From positions 1 to 48,260 of IMG/VR virus record IMGVR_UViG_3300022891_000004: a DNA stretch of 48,260 nucleotides, one strand, 5' to 3'. The notes beneath the pieces are model-generated. The model made no database searches and was not told the origin of the DNA. It saw only the letters and a program-made list of their open reading frames with translations. Position numbers and translations under genes: made by a program. This document shows positions 8,734 through 18,879 of this stretch, in pieces. The stretch comes from a virus. Its lineage: Duplodnaviria > Caudoviricetes. Numbering within the stretch: the first letter of the stretch is position 1; each line of letters starts with the position of its first letter.

Positions 8734-9777
8734 ATGGCTACTTTAGGTTTACTCGGCAAGGTCACGTTGTTGGATTGGGCGAAGATGCTTGATCCAGACG
8801 GATCAGTTCAAAAGGTCGTGGAGCTGCTGTCGCAGTCGAACGAGATCCTGATGGACATGCCTTTCATTGAAGGCAATCTGCCCACCGGTCACAAGACAAC
8901 CGTGCGCACCGGCATTCCCCAGGGCATCTGGCGTCAGATGTATCAGGGCGTGCCGCCCTCCAAGACCCTGCGCGCTCAGATCACCGATACCTGCGGCATG
9001 CTCGAGAACCGCTCCGAGGTCGATAAAGACCTTGCCGATCTCAACGGCAACACCGCGGAGTTTCGTCTGTCTGAGGCGGCCGGCATCGTTGAGGGCTTGA
9101 ACCAGCAGATGGCGCAGACGCTCATCTATGGCAACACAGCCGTCAATCCTGAGCGCTTCATGGGCTTGGCGCCGCGCTTCTCGACGATCTCAGGGGCTGG
9201 GAACGCGCAGAACATCATCGATGCCGGCGGCACGGGATCAGTCAACACGAGTGTGTGGCTCGTCGTGTGGAGCCCGGACACCGTCACCGGCATCTTCCCG
9301 AAGGGCTCCAAGGCAGGCCTGACTCATCAGGATCTGGGAGAGATCGATGCGTTCGATGCGAACCAGAACCGGTTCCGCGCGTACGCGGATCGCTGGCAGT
9401 GGAAAAATGGCCTCACGGTGCGCGACTGGCGCTACGTCGTTCGGATCTGCAACATCGACTCCACGGATCTGGTGACGCAGGCAACCACGCAGTCGAACAC
9501 GGCGGCGACCTTGCTGATCAAACTGATGATTCGAGCGCTTGCGCGCATTCCGTTCATGGGCAAGGGAACAGCAGTGTTCTATGCCAATCGCACGGTCAAG
9601 GAGATGCTGGCCATTCAGGCGCTCGACCGCTCGCAGAACGCGGTAGCCTTTACGCCCGGAACGGCGCAATTCGGCACGCTGGCACCAGGCTCCGTCAACA
9701 ATGGAACGGTCACTGTCTTGGGTGTTCCCGTTCGTACGGTTGACCAGATCCTGTCCACCGAAGCCCGGGTCGTCTAA
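8734..9777 (+). CDS. Major capsid protein (BPP-1 Bbp17-like)
   Basis: VELLSQSNEILMDMPFIEGNLPTGHKTTVRTG; RDWRYVVRICNID; GVPVRTVDQILSTEARVV. Confidence 0.95.
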   Translation: MATLGLLGKVTLLDWAKMLDPDGSVQKVVELLSQSNEILMDMPFIEGNLPTGHKTTVRTGIPQGIWRQMYQGVPPSKTLRAQITDTCGMLENRSEVDKDLADLNGNTAEFRLSEAAGIVEGLNQQMAQTLIYGNTAVNPERFMGLAPRFSTISGAGNAQNIIDAGGTGSVNTSVWLVVWSPDTVTGIFPKGSKAGLTHQDLGEIDAFDANQNRFRAYADRWQWKNGLTVRDWRYVVRICNIDSTDLVTQATTQSNTAATLLIKLMIRALARIPFMGKGTAVFYANRTVKEMLAIQALDRSQNAVAFTPGTAQFGTLAPGSVNNGTVTVLGVPVRTVDQILSTEARVV

Positions 9778-9800
9778 GGCCACCTTCAGGAGAAACCACA

Positions 9801-10286
9801 ATGATTCTCGATCTACAGACGATGTTCTCCGGCACGGTGGCGGCGGATGGCACCAAGACGGGCCAGGCCATCACCGCAACAGCCATTTCCACGAACGTGA
9901 TCGATCGCTCAGGAGGCCTTGCCTCCTTCCCGGCGCTCGAGGACGAGGGCACGAACCCTGATGAGTCCTGGCTCATCGTTCAGACCCCGACCGCCGCGGC
10001 CGGCGGAGATGCGGCCAAGACCCTCACGATTACCCTTGAGTCCTCAACGACTGCGGACCTTGCAACCTCCCCGGTGGTGCATGCCTCCACCGCGGCGATC
10101 GTCGGCTCTGCGATCACAGCTGGCGCAACCTTGTGGCGAATCGCTCTGCCCAGCGCGGATTACAAGAAGTTCATTGGCCTTCGATACACGGTATCGGCAG
10201 GCTTTACGTCCTTCCCGATCCTCGCCTACATCACAGCTGACCCACAGCGTAACGTCATCTACCCGACCGGCTTCTCGGTGGCTTAA
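9801..10286 (+). CDS. Capsid cement/decoration protein (Bbp16-like)
   Basis: MILD..TMFS...QAITATAISTNVID...IGLRYTV; follows the major capsid gene; SD AGGAG. Confidence 0.85.
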   Translation: MILDLQTMFSGTVAADGTKTGQAITATAISTNVIDRSGGLASFPALEDEGTNPDESWLIVQTPTAAAGGDAAKTLTITLESSTTADLATSPVVHASTAAIVGSAITAGATLWRIALPSADYKKFIGLRYTVSAGFTSFPILAYITADPQRNVIYPTGFSVA

Positions 10287-10298
10287 GGAGCAATTCCC

Positions 10299-10712
10299 AT
10301 GGGAACAATCAGAGTCATCGCAACCGCTCAAGGATACGACGGCACGTCCATTCAAGAGGTCGGCAACGAGTTCGACATGCCGGATGATGTTTTCGATCGT
10401 CGTCAGAAATTGAATGCGGACGGTGAGCCGATCGCCAATCAGTTCTATGAGCCGCCGAGTTGGTTCGAGCCGGTAGACAAGTCGCTCAAGGCAAAAGTCG
10501 AGGCGGACCGTAAGGCGGCGAGGAAGTCCGGCCGAGTCCCTGCGATCAATCCGGCTCAGCAGGAGGCTTCCGCCCAGGCCGAATCCAGGCGTCTTGCGGA
10601 TGAGCAGGCCGCGGCGATCAAGAAGGCGCGGGAGGACGAGGAAAAAGAGCGCCAGGAGCGCGAGCAGGCCGACAAGGAGGCCGCTCGCAAGAAAGGCCAC
10701 CACAAAGAGTAA
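10299..10712 (+). CDS. Hypothetical head-associated protein
   Basis: SD AAGGAG; N-terminal VIATAQGY...GNEF...WFEPV module plus charged helical tail. Confidence 0.7.
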   Translation: MGTIRVIATAQGYDGTSIQEVGNEFDMPDDVFDRRQKLNADGEPIANQFYEPPSWFEPVDKSLKAKVEADRKAARKSGRVPAINPAQQEASAQAESRRLADEQAAAIKKAREDEEKERQEREQADKEAARKKGHHKE

Positions 10713-10718
10713 TCCCGT

Positions 10719-11366
10719 GTGGATGACACTGGCGTTGCAAATATGTGTCTGGGTCGCCTCGGTGTAAGCCGAGCGATTGGCGCCTTGACGGAGAATTCCG
10801 TTGAGGCGAAGACCTGCAACCGGTTCTTTCAGCATTGCAGACAAGAAGTCCTGCGGAGTCATCCGTGGGGCTTCGCTCTGCGTGCTGAGGCCCTGGCGAT
10901 CGTGGCTGATCAGAGCTTTCCCGGTTGGGGCTATGTCTATCAGAGCCCATCGAGAAGTCTCATGATCCGATCGATCGCGGACGCGAACGGTATTCGCGTG
11001 ATGCGCGATGCATTCCTGTCAGGCGATAGCAGTCGCTGGGAGATGCTGCGCATGATCCGCGTGCCCTGGCAGATTGCACTAAAGGACGATGGCGCAAGTC
11101 AGGTGATCTTGTGTGACTTATCCGATGCGTGGGCCTTTCACACGGTGGATGTCGATAACATCGGGGCCTGGCCTGCCGATGCGGTGAGCGTGTTCGCGTG
11201 GCGCCTGGCCATGGAGGTTGGGGGGCCGCTGTCCGCCAAAGCTGAATTGGTGGAACGGGCCGAATCCCGCTATGGCTCGTATCTGTCCTGGGCCACCGCC
11301 AACAACATGAACGAGCAAAAAGATGATGCTCGAGCGGAGTCGCCGTCCATCGCGTGTAGGGCGTAA
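10719..11366 (+). CDS. Tail tubular protein A / head-tail adaptor
   Basis: VANMCLGRLG...EVLRSHPWGFA...WGYVYQSP...AWRLAME. Confidence 0.85.
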   Translation: MDDTGVANMCLGRLGVSRAIGALTENSVEAKTCNRFFQHCRQEVLRSHPWGFALRAEALAIVADQSFPGWGYVYQSPSRSLMIRSIADANGIRVMRDAFLSGDSSRWEMLRMIRVPWQIALKDDGASQVILCDLSDAWAFHTVDVDNIGAWPADAVSVFAWRLAMEVGGPLSAKAELVERAESRYGSYLSWATANNMNEQKDDARAESPSIACRA

Positions 11367-13829
11367 ATGCCCAAACTCAGCCAAGTCTCACTCGCGGGCG
11401 GTGAGGTCAGTCCAAGCCTCTACGCGCGGACGGATCTTGCGCGCTACGCCAATAGTCTTCGGACCTGTCGAAACTTCTTCGTGCGCGCAACCGGCGGCGT
11501 TTCCAATCGCGCAGGCCTTGAGTTCGTCGCAGCCCTCTACCCGCTAAGTCTCTCAAGCCTGATTCCGTTCGTCTTCTCGACCGAGCAGGCCTACGTGATC
11601 GTCTTTCAGGAAGAGACCACACAGATCTTCACGCAAGGGGCGGTCGTGGGCACAGGACCCGCAACGCCCTATCTCAGTGGGGAGCTGGCCTCCCTTCGCT
11701 ATACGCAAAGCGCGGATGTGCTGACGGTCGTCAATCAGAACTACATCCCGCACGAGTTCGTGCGAACCGGCGCAACGACGTTCACCTTCACGGCCATCAC
11801 CGACTTTGAGGGCGGGCCATTCCTCGATGACAACACCTCCAATGTCACCGTCACCGCCTCGGCCGCCACGGGCGTCATCACGCTCACCGCCTCCGCCGGC
11901 ATCTTTGGTGGCACGCACATCGGCTCTCTGTTTCGTCTGTCGATGGAGGATCTATCAGGGATCCCCCCTTGGGAGCCGAACAAGGTGCTCGCGCTCTCGG
12001 GCGTGAACCCCTTGAATCTGCGCCGCCGATCGAATGGCAAGGTCTACATCTGCACGACTAACCAGGCCGCAGGCGCGCTCGGCACCTTCACGGGAACAGA
12101 GCCCCCGAGCCATGACGAGGGCGAGCGGGCAGATGGGGATGGCAATGAGATCAAAGATGTGGCGACACGGGCCGGTGTGACATGGCTGTATCTGCATAGC
12201 CTGTTCGGCACCGCGATCATCACCGCCATTGGCGGTGGGGGCACGACCGCCACCGCCACCGTCCAGGACTACATGCCGGTCGTAAGTCCCGCCACGACAA
12301 CCGTGTGGGCGTTCGGGGCGTGGAGTGAGGACCAGGGGTATCCCGCCCTTGTGACTTACTACCAAGACCGTTTGGTGTTTGCCAATACCCCGGAGCAGCC
12401 TCAGACCGAATGGGCATCGAAAACCGGCGACTATCATAACTTCGGGATCTCTAATCCGCTGGTGGCGGATGATGCGATCAGGCAACCCCTGAATGCGCGG
12501 CAGATCAATGCGATCGTCGAGCTGATCCCGATGGACCAGCTGATCGCGATGACCTCAAGCTCATCATGGGCTTCCCCGAAGCGCGGCGAGGCCTGGACCC
12601 CGCTCACCATTGGCTACGATCCACAGTCCTTTGATGGCGCGATGTTCCTGCGCGCGATCCTGACCGGGGACTCTGCGCTCTTTGCACAGAACGGAGCGAC
12701 CAAGATCCGTGACCTACTCTACAAGACCGACACCGATAAGTTCCGTGGCGATGAGCTGACGGTGCTGGCGCGCCACCTCTTTGATCGCGATCACACGATC
12801 GTCGACATGGACTACGCCAAGGAGCCGCACGGGATCCTCTGGATCATCCGAAGCGATGGCGCCTTGATTGGGCTTACCTACCTCAAGGAGCAGGAGGTCA
12901 TCGGCTGGCATCGACACGACACGCAAGGCTTTTTCGAGCGGGTGTGCGTGATTCCAGAAGGTGGCCAGGATGTGCCCTACTTCGTAGTTCGCCGCGTGAT
13001 CAACGGGCAGACTGTGCGCTACCTTGAGCGCATGTCCTTTCGCGATCAGGTTGATCCGCTCGATTCGTTTTTTGTCGACTGTGGTCTGTCGTATGACGGG
13101 CGCAATGTCTCATCTACGACGCTTACGATTACTGGAGCTGACTATTCGGGCGGGGAGTTTGTGACCCTGACAGCCTCCGCCCCTCTTTTTGCAGCGCTCG
13201 ATGTGGGCGATGTGATTCAGTTCCCCGGTAGCTCGATCAGCGTGCGCGCCCAGATCAGCTCGTATGCAAGCCCATACAGCGTGACGGCGCTCCTGCAGTC
13301 GCCCGTTCCCGAGGCGCTTCGGGGTGTGCCTACGCTCACATGGACCTTCGCGCGGAACGTGTTCTCAGGTTTAGCGCACTTGGAGGGCGCAACCGTTGCC
13401 ATCCTCGCCGACGGCTCCCCTGAGGTGCCTCAGGTTGTGACGGCCGGGCAGATCGTTCTCGACTATCCCGCAGGCGTGGTCCATGTGGGTCTGCCGTACG
13501 TTTCGGATATCGAAACACTCGATGTCACGATCTTTGGGGCGAGTGAGTCGATTCGCGATAACGCCAAGTCCATCCCCAGAGTGAGCGTGGTCGTTGAGAA
13601 AACATTGGGATTAAAGGCGGGTCCTAATGTGGATAACCTCTACGACATCGGTCCACAGCCCGTGGAGTTTGATTACACCGCGCCCTGGCCGCTTCTGAAC
13701 GATGTGCAGACGAGCTACCTCGTTACGAGCTGGAACAATAGCGGTCGAGTCCTGATCCGACAGGATCTGCCGCTACCGGCAACGGTGCTCGCGGTGCTAC
13801 CGACCGTTGAGATTGGTGGGAGCGGCTGA
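11367..13829 (+). CDS. Tail tubular protein B / nozzle
   Basis: QVSLAGGEVSPSLYARTDL; YPALVTYYQDRLVFA; EQEVIGWHRH; GLAHLEG. Confidence 0.9.
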   Translation: MPKLSQVSLAGGEVSPSLYARTDLARYANSLRTCRNFFVRATGGVSNRAGLEFVAALYPLSLSSLIPFVFSTEQAYVIVFQEETTQIFTQGAVVGTGPATPYLSGELASLRYTQSADVLTVVNQNYIPHEFVRTGATTFTFTAITDFEGGPFLDDNTSNVTVTASAATGVITLTASAGIFGGTHIGSLFRLSMEDLSGIPPWEPNKVLALSGVNPLNLRRRSNGKVYICTTNQAAGALGTFTGTEPPSHDEGERADGDGNEIKDVATRAGVTWLYLHSLFGTAIITAIGGGGTTATATVQDYMPVVSPATTTVWAFGAWSEDQGYPALVTYYQDRLVFANTPEQPQTEWASKTGDYHNFGISNPLVADDAIRQPLNARQINAIVELIPMDQLIAMTSSSSWASPKRGEAWTPLTIGYDPQSFDGAMFLRAILTGDSALFAQNGATKIRDLLYKTDTDKFRGDELTVLARHLFDRDHTIVDMDYAKEPHGILWIIRSDGALIGLTYLKEQEVIGWHRHDTQGFFERVCVIPEGGQDVPYFVVRRVINGQTVRYLERMSFRDQVDPLDSFFVDCGLSYDGRNVSSTTLTITGADYSGGEFVTLTASAPLFAALDVGDVIQFPGSSISVRAQISSYASPYSVTALLQSPVPEALRGVPTLTWTFARNVFSGLAHLEGATVAILADGSPEVPQVVTAGQIVLDYPAGVVHVGLPYVSDIETLDVTIFGASESIRDNAKSIPRVSVVVEKTLGLKAGPNVDNLYDIGPQPVEFDYTAPWPLLNDVQTSYLVTSWNNSGRVLIRQDLPLPATVLAVLPTVEIGGSG

Positions 13830-14257
13830 TGGTCTACATTCGCCCCACGCTTCCGGGAGATGTCTGGCTCGTGCTCACCACGCTTCGAGAGGCGGAGGTG
13901 CGCGAGTTTGCGGCGCTGGGATTTACGAGCGAGGAATGCGTGCGCTTAGGTTTGGTCAGCGGGGAGTGCTTTACCGCCTTCATCCATGATGAGGCCGCGG
14001 CGATCTTTGGGGTCGTGAACATGGGCGATCATCAGATCCCGTGGGCGGTGATGACAACAGTTATTGATAAGTACCCGCTGCCCTTTCTCAGGGCCGCTTA
14101 CCGATGGTCCCAGACACTCACCGGGACGCTGATCAACTATGTGGATGTGCGTAATGAGAAAGCCATGAAGTGGTTCAAGTGGCTCGGCTTTACGCTGTCC
14201 GATCCCATTCCCTATGGCAACAACGGTGAGCTGTTCCGTCAAGTGAGGGTGGGCTGA
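13829..14257 (+). CDS. GNAT-like internal virion protein A (T7 gp13-like)
   Basis: LINYVDVRNEKAMKWFKWLGF motif; synteny after the nozzle gene. Confidence 0.75.
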   Translation: MVYIRPTLPGDVWLVLTTLREAEVREFAALGFTSEECVRLGLVSGECFTAFIHDEAAAIFGVVNMGDHQIPWAVMTTVIDKYPLPFLRAAYRWSQTLTGTLINYVDVRNEKAMKWFKWLGFTLSDPIPYGNNGELFRQVRVG

Positions 14258-14712
14258 TGTTGCCTGCCATTCTCACCCAAGATCTTCCGGCGCCAGATAA
14301 GATCCGCGCAGATATTCTGCTGCTCGAGAGTGAGTGTAAGAGCCTGCCTCAGATCTCTTTCCCCTTAACGCACACGTTCGCCCCAGGGGCCTACGCGCGC
14401 ACGATCCAGCTCTTTGCCAATACGCTCATTGTCGGCAAGATCCATCGGCATGCGCACCTCAACATCGTCTCAAACGGACATGTCACGGTGGTCACGGAGT
14501 TTGGCCGCATGCAGATCAGAGGCCCGCACGTCTTCACCTCACAGCCCGGCACCAAGCGTGCGCTCATTGCGCATGAGGATACGGTCTGGACGACTATCCA
14601 TCTGACGAACAGCACGGACTTGGATGAGATCGAGCGCGAGATCATCGCGCCCACCTATGATGATCTATCCATCCTCGAGCACTGTCGGGATCTCATTGAG
14701 GGGTCAACGTGA
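14257..14712 (+). CDS. Cupin-fold hypothetical phage protein
   Basis: HTFAPGAYAR...VGKIHRHAH...PGTKR...HEDTVWTTIH. Confidence 0.7.
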   Translation: MLPAILTQDLPAPDKIRADILLLESECKSLPQISFPLTHTFAPGAYARTIQLFANTLIVGKIHRHAHLNIVSNGHVTVVTEFGRMQIRGPHVFTSQPGTKRALIAHEDTVWTTIHLTNSTDLDEIEREIIAPTYDDLSILEHCRDLIEGST

Positions 14713-15164
14713 CCTGGGTTGCGGTTGGCGTAGGAGTAGTCGGGGCGGGCGTTCAGATGGCCGGCCAGATGAAGCAGGGCAAGCAGGCCAAGGAGACGGG
14801 CGAGGCGAACGCACGCTTAGGGCGTGCTCAGGCGCAGGACTCTCTGCTCCGCGGTGCGATAGAAGAGTCGATGTATCGGCGCCAGATCGCCTCCATCGTG
14901 GGCGGGCAGAAGGCCGCCTTCGGTGCGCGCAATGTGGCCGTCTCCGGCACCGCGCTCGATATCCTCTCCGACACCGCGCAGATCGGGGAAGAGGACGTGA
15001 TCAACATCCGCAACAACGCGGCGCGCGAGGCCTGGGGCTATCGCATGGGGGCCAATGAGTCGAGCCGCTGGGGCGCGAACCAGCTCTCGAATGCGAAGAA
15101 TCAGGCGCTCGGGACGCTTCTCACCTCCGGCGCCCAGGCGTACGGGACTTGGGCCGGCCGCTGA
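14709..15164 (+). CDS. Internal virion (ejection) protein B-like
   Basis: Hydrophobic Gly-rich N-terminus; G.Q.AAFGA.NV.VSGTALDIL...IRNNA.REAWGY. Confidence 0.8.
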   Translation: MTWVAVGVGVVGAGVQMAGQMKQGKQAKETGEANARLGRAQAQDSLLRGAIEESMYRRQIASIVGGQKAAFGARNVAVSGTALDILSDTAQIGEEDVINIRNNAAREAWGYRMGANESSRWGANQLSNAKNQALGTLLTSGAQAYGTWAGR

Positions 15165-17218
15165 TGCCGACCGTTCCCACACTGCATAACCAGGTTGGAC
15201 TGAATGCGCTGCCGAACGTGCAGCGCCGGCCTTTGCAATCCACCGGCCTTCAGGCGATCGGGGAGGGCCTGCAGAATGTCTCAGGGGTTATTCAGCAGGT
15301 TCAGAAACAAGAACAGCTCAAAGCCGATCGTGCCGCCTTCATGGAGGCGGATCGCACGACCGACACGATTGCCAATGACCTGTATTCAAAGGCCTCCCAG
15401 AAACAGCTGAAAGATGCCATCGGCATCACGCCACAGTCGATCGAGGAATTCGATAAGCGCACCTCAGAGGTGATGGGGTCGCTTCAAACTGATCGGCAGA
15501 AGATGACCTATCGCGAGGCGGTCAATCAACGCCGCTCGCAGTTGCAGCGCTCGATCGAGTCGCACGAGAACAGTCAGCGCGAGACCTATTACGCGAAGTC
15601 CCGGGAGGACTACAAAGACCAGGCGCATGTGAACGCGGTCACGAACTACCAGGACCCGAAGGCGATCGAGTCCGAGATCGATAAGGTGCGCGCCACCGTA
15701 GATCAAACCCCTGGCATCGATGCCGATCAGAAGGCCGCAGAGGTCGGGATTCGCCGCTCCGGGATCTATTCAGGCGTCATCGATCGATACCTCTCGAACG
15801 ATCAGGTCTCCCAGGCGGACGCCTATTACAAGTCCATCAAGGACAAAGTAAACGGCCCCCAGGCCTCGAACATCGAGCGCGCGCTCATCACCGCCAAACA
15901 GAGATTGGAGTCTGAGAAGAAAGCCAAACTGACTGAGATGCGTCAATCTCTTGGCGATCAGCTTCAGGACATTCACGCCGCGGCTCAAATGGGTGTGCCC
16001 GTCACGCAAGTCCCCCCGCGCGCGGTGCTCGAGGCGGTGTTCGGCAAGTACGAGGGCGGACAGAAGTATGAGACCGCCCAGAAGATGGCGGATCTGTCGG
16101 TCGAGGTGAATGCGCTGCATGACCTGTCGGCCGAGGATCTGTATCAGCAAACCACGCAGTACAAGCCCGTAAAGGTAGAAGGGGCGGCGGAAGCCGCGCA
16201 GATCACTCAGTTCATGTCAGGCCGGGTGCAGCAAATCTTACAAGAGCGTGACAAGGATCCGGCCGGCTATCTCGTGCGCCATTCCCCAGCAGTGGCTCAG
16301 GCCTGGGATAACTTCGAGCAGTCCGGGGATGAGGCCTCGCGCGCGGCCTACTTAAAGACCGTGCGCGCCGAGCGCGAGCGCTTACAGATTCCGGGGGACG
16401 ACATCCTCCCCGACACCTACGCGCAAGGGGTTGCAGACCGGCTCAACACTGCGGATGCTCAGAAGCTTGCGACCCTCATCGAGCGCGAGGCGCAAACCTG
16501 GGGCGCAGACTGGCCGGCGGTTCAAGGCCAGCTTGCGGGTAAGATCTCAGACACCGCTGCCGTCATTTCATCCGGGATCCCGCGCGGGGCCGCCGTGCAA
16601 TTGGCCGCCACCGCGAATCTCAAGGAGAACGAGCTTAAAGCGCTTCTGCCGCCGGGCACGACGTGGCCTGCCGTTGAGGCGGCCGTTGATCAGACTTTCG
16701 AGAGCTTCAAGTCATCTCTGCCGATCGAGGCTGCGCAAACCTGGAATGCGTTTCGCGACTCTGGGACACGGCTCGCCGTGCAGTACATGCATCAAGGCAT
16801 GAGCCAAAGCAATGCGATCGACAAGGCTTACAAGGATCTCGTGCGGGATCAGATCGTCGAGTTTCGCGCCGCGCCCTTTCGCGTCCCGCCCACGGAGAAC
16901 AAAGAGCAGATCGAGACAGGCGCCCGGCAGGCGGTTCAAGAATTTGTAACCCCTCCCGGGACGGTGATTCCTTCCGGGGCTTTCACAGCCGAGGAATATC
17001 AAAGCCAGCTCCAGGACTATGTGCGCGAAAACGGCTACTGGGTCACGCGCCCCGATGCCAAGGGGCTGCGCCTGTATGTGGATGGTGGGCCGCTGGCAGG
17101 CGTTGACGGGCCGGTTCAATACACCTGGGAGCAACTGCGCACCTACGGAGACAAGGGAGCAGAGGCCTCCAGAAAGCGCCTCAGCGATGAGATCACGCGA
17201 CGCAAGGAAGCGCGCTGA
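15164..17218 (+). CDS. Internal virion (ejection) protein
   Basis: Long helical ORF starting MPTVPT in the ejection cluster; ATG overlaps the upstream TGA. Confidence 0.7.
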   Translation: MPTVPTLHNQVGLNALPNVQRRPLQSTGLQAIGEGLQNVSGVIQQVQKQEQLKADRAAFMEADRTTDTIANDLYSKASQKQLKDAIGITPQSIEEFDKRTSEVMGSLQTDRQKMTYREAVNQRRSQLQRSIESHENSQRETYYAKSREDYKDQAHVNAVTNYQDPKAIESEIDKVRATVDQTPGIDADQKAAEVGIRRSGIYSGVIDRYLSNDQVSQADAYYKSIKDKVNGPQASNIERALITAKQRLESEKKAKLTEMRQSLGDQLQDIHAAAQMGVPVTQVPPRAVLEAVFGKYEGGQKYETAQKMADLSVEVNALHDLSAEDLYQQTTQYKPVKVEGAAEAAQITQFMSGRVQQILQERDKDPAGYLVRHSPAVAQAWDNFEQSGDEASRAAYLKTVRAERERLQIPGDDILPDTYAQGVADRLNTADAQKLATLIEREAQTWGADWPAVQGQLAGKISDTAAVISSGIPRGAAVQLAATANLKENELKALLPPGTTWPAVEAAVDQTFESFKSSLPIEAAQTWNAFRDSGTRLAVQYMHQGMSQSNAIDKAYKDLVRDQIVEFRAAPFRVPPTENKEQIETGARQAVQEFVTPPGTVIPSGAFTAEEYQSQLQDYVRENGYWVTRPDAKGLRLYVDGGPLAGVDGPVQYTWEQLRTYGDKGAEASRKRLSDEITRRKEAR

Positions 17219-18879
17219 TGCCGATCGTGTATCGCGACCTCATTCGCAGTGAGCCGCGGCTGGGGACGGATGTTCCCGCCTCACGCCGCGATGTGCTCAC
17301 CGAGCAGTTCGCGATGACCTATGAAGAGAATCCCATTCAGGCCTTCAAGCGCTACAACGCGCTGCGCGAGGATGAGCGCACGGGACCGGTGCTCGAGGCC
17401 ACCGCGGCGCGTCAGAAGCTCAAGGACGCAGGACTCGACCGGGATCTCAAGGTGAATGATGCCGGCATTACGCAGGCCGCGCTCGCAACGCTCATGGATC
17501 GCAAGCGCACCGAGCTTAAACGGCAAGAGATCTTCTCGCGCGCGCAAGGCGGGGCGGGAGAGTTCACGCAGCGCTTAGCGCTCTCGATCGCGACCACCAT
17601 GGCGGACCCGATCTCCGCGGGCTTGAACTTCGTGCCCGTCGTGGGACAGGTACGCTATGCGCGCTGGCTTGCCGAGGCCGGCTCGATCGGCGGGCGTATC
17701 GCCGTCCGCGCAGGCGTCGGGGCGGCGGAGGGCGCGGTGGGAGCTGCCCTTCAAGAGCCCTTCATCTACGGCATGCGCACCCAGGAGCAGGCGGACTATT
17801 CCTCCGCCGACAGCCTTCTCAACATCGCGCTCGGTGGCATCGCAGGCGGTGGCCTGCATTCCTTCGTCGGCGCCGCCGGAGATCTCATCGCCCGGCGTCT
17901 GGATATGGCGCCCACCGCACGGGTGGAGCCCCCTGCACGCACGGAGCCCACCCTTGGGGATGCGACCCGCATCACGCCCCGTGACGAGCCGCCCCTTGAG
18001 GCACGAGACTTCACGCCCCTTGAGCGCACGATCGATGAGCTGCCGCCCCAGGCGCGCGAGGCTGCGCTGCGAGCTGCTGTCGGTCAGGCCGTGGAAGGCC
18101 GCATGATCGATGTCGAGAACATCCTGACGCCGCAGATGAGGCAGACGGCGACCCCTGAATTCCAGAGCTGGTTTAGAGACTCAAAGGTCATCGATGAGGC
18201 AGGCGAGCCGCTTCGGGTGTACCACGGCACGCAGCAAGACATCTCCGAGTTCAACACGCCCTCCTGGTTTACCTCTGATCCGGGTGAGGCCTCTCGCTAT
18301 GCCACGGGATCCCGCGCCGAGCGGGCCGGAGCCAATGTCGTTCCGGCTTACATATCGATCAAAAATCCGTACAAGGCCACGTACTCTGAGATCATCAGCG
18401 CAAGCTCTGAGCTTCGCGCGAAGCTCCAGGCCCAAGGCTATGACGGCATGATGATGCATCAGACCCCGATGCTGGCGCGCGATGGGAAGTCATTTCTTCC
18501 AGATCAGTTGGAGCGTGATTGGTACGTGCCGTTTGATTCGGCGCAGGTGAAATCCGCCGTAGGAAACTCCGGGCGCTTTGATCCGAAAGCTGCAAGCCTC
18601 ACGGACCCGCGCGCGCAAGCGGACTTCAAAGCCACGATGGACCACGCCGAGGAAGTCCTCGCACGCGAGCCCAAGCCCAAGGGCACCGTGACCGAATCAG
18701 AAGCCCGTCTTCAGATGGCGCAGGACGAGGCGGATCTTGCCGTCGCAGATGCCACCGCATCGGCCAAGCGCTTAGGCTCAGAATTCAACGAGGATGACAT
18801 CGCGGAGAATCTTGAGAAGGCGGAGCGTTGGGCGCGGGTCGCTGAGCTTGCGACCGTGTGTCTGACGAGAGGGGACTGA
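17218..18879 (+). CDS. Ejection protein carrying an ART-PolyVal-like ADP-ribosyltransferase domain
   Basis: Gly/Ala-rich hydrophobic segment, then TPEFQSWFRDSKV...PLRVYHGT...WFTSD...A..YA...V.PAY.SIKNP...GYDG...F...QVKSA.GN.G.FD. Confidence 0.8.
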   Translation: MPIVYRDLIRSEPRLGTDVPASRRDVLTEQFAMTYEENPIQAFKRYNALREDERTGPVLEATAARQKLKDAGLDRDLKVNDAGITQAALATLMDRKRTELKRQEIFSRAQGGAGEFTQRLALSIATTMADPISAGLNFVPVVGQVRYARWLAEAGSIGGRIAVRAGVGAAEGAVGAALQEPFIYGMRTQEQADYSSADSLLNIALGGIAGGGLHSFVGAAGDLIARRLDMAPTARVEPPARTEPTLGDATRITPRDEPPLEARDFTPLERTIDELPPQAREAALRAAVGQAVEGRMIDVENILTPQMRQTATPEFQSWFRDSKVIDEAGEPLRVYHGTQQDISEFNTPSWFTSDPGEASRYATGSRAERAGANVVPAYISIKNPYKATYSEIISASSELRAKLQAQGYDGMMMHQTPMLARDGKSFLPDQLERDWYVPFDSAQVKSAVGNSGRFDPKAASLTDPRAQADFKATMDHAEEVLAREPKPKGTVTESEARLQMAQDEADLAVADATASAKRLGSEFNEDDIAENLEKAERWARVAELATVCLTRGD

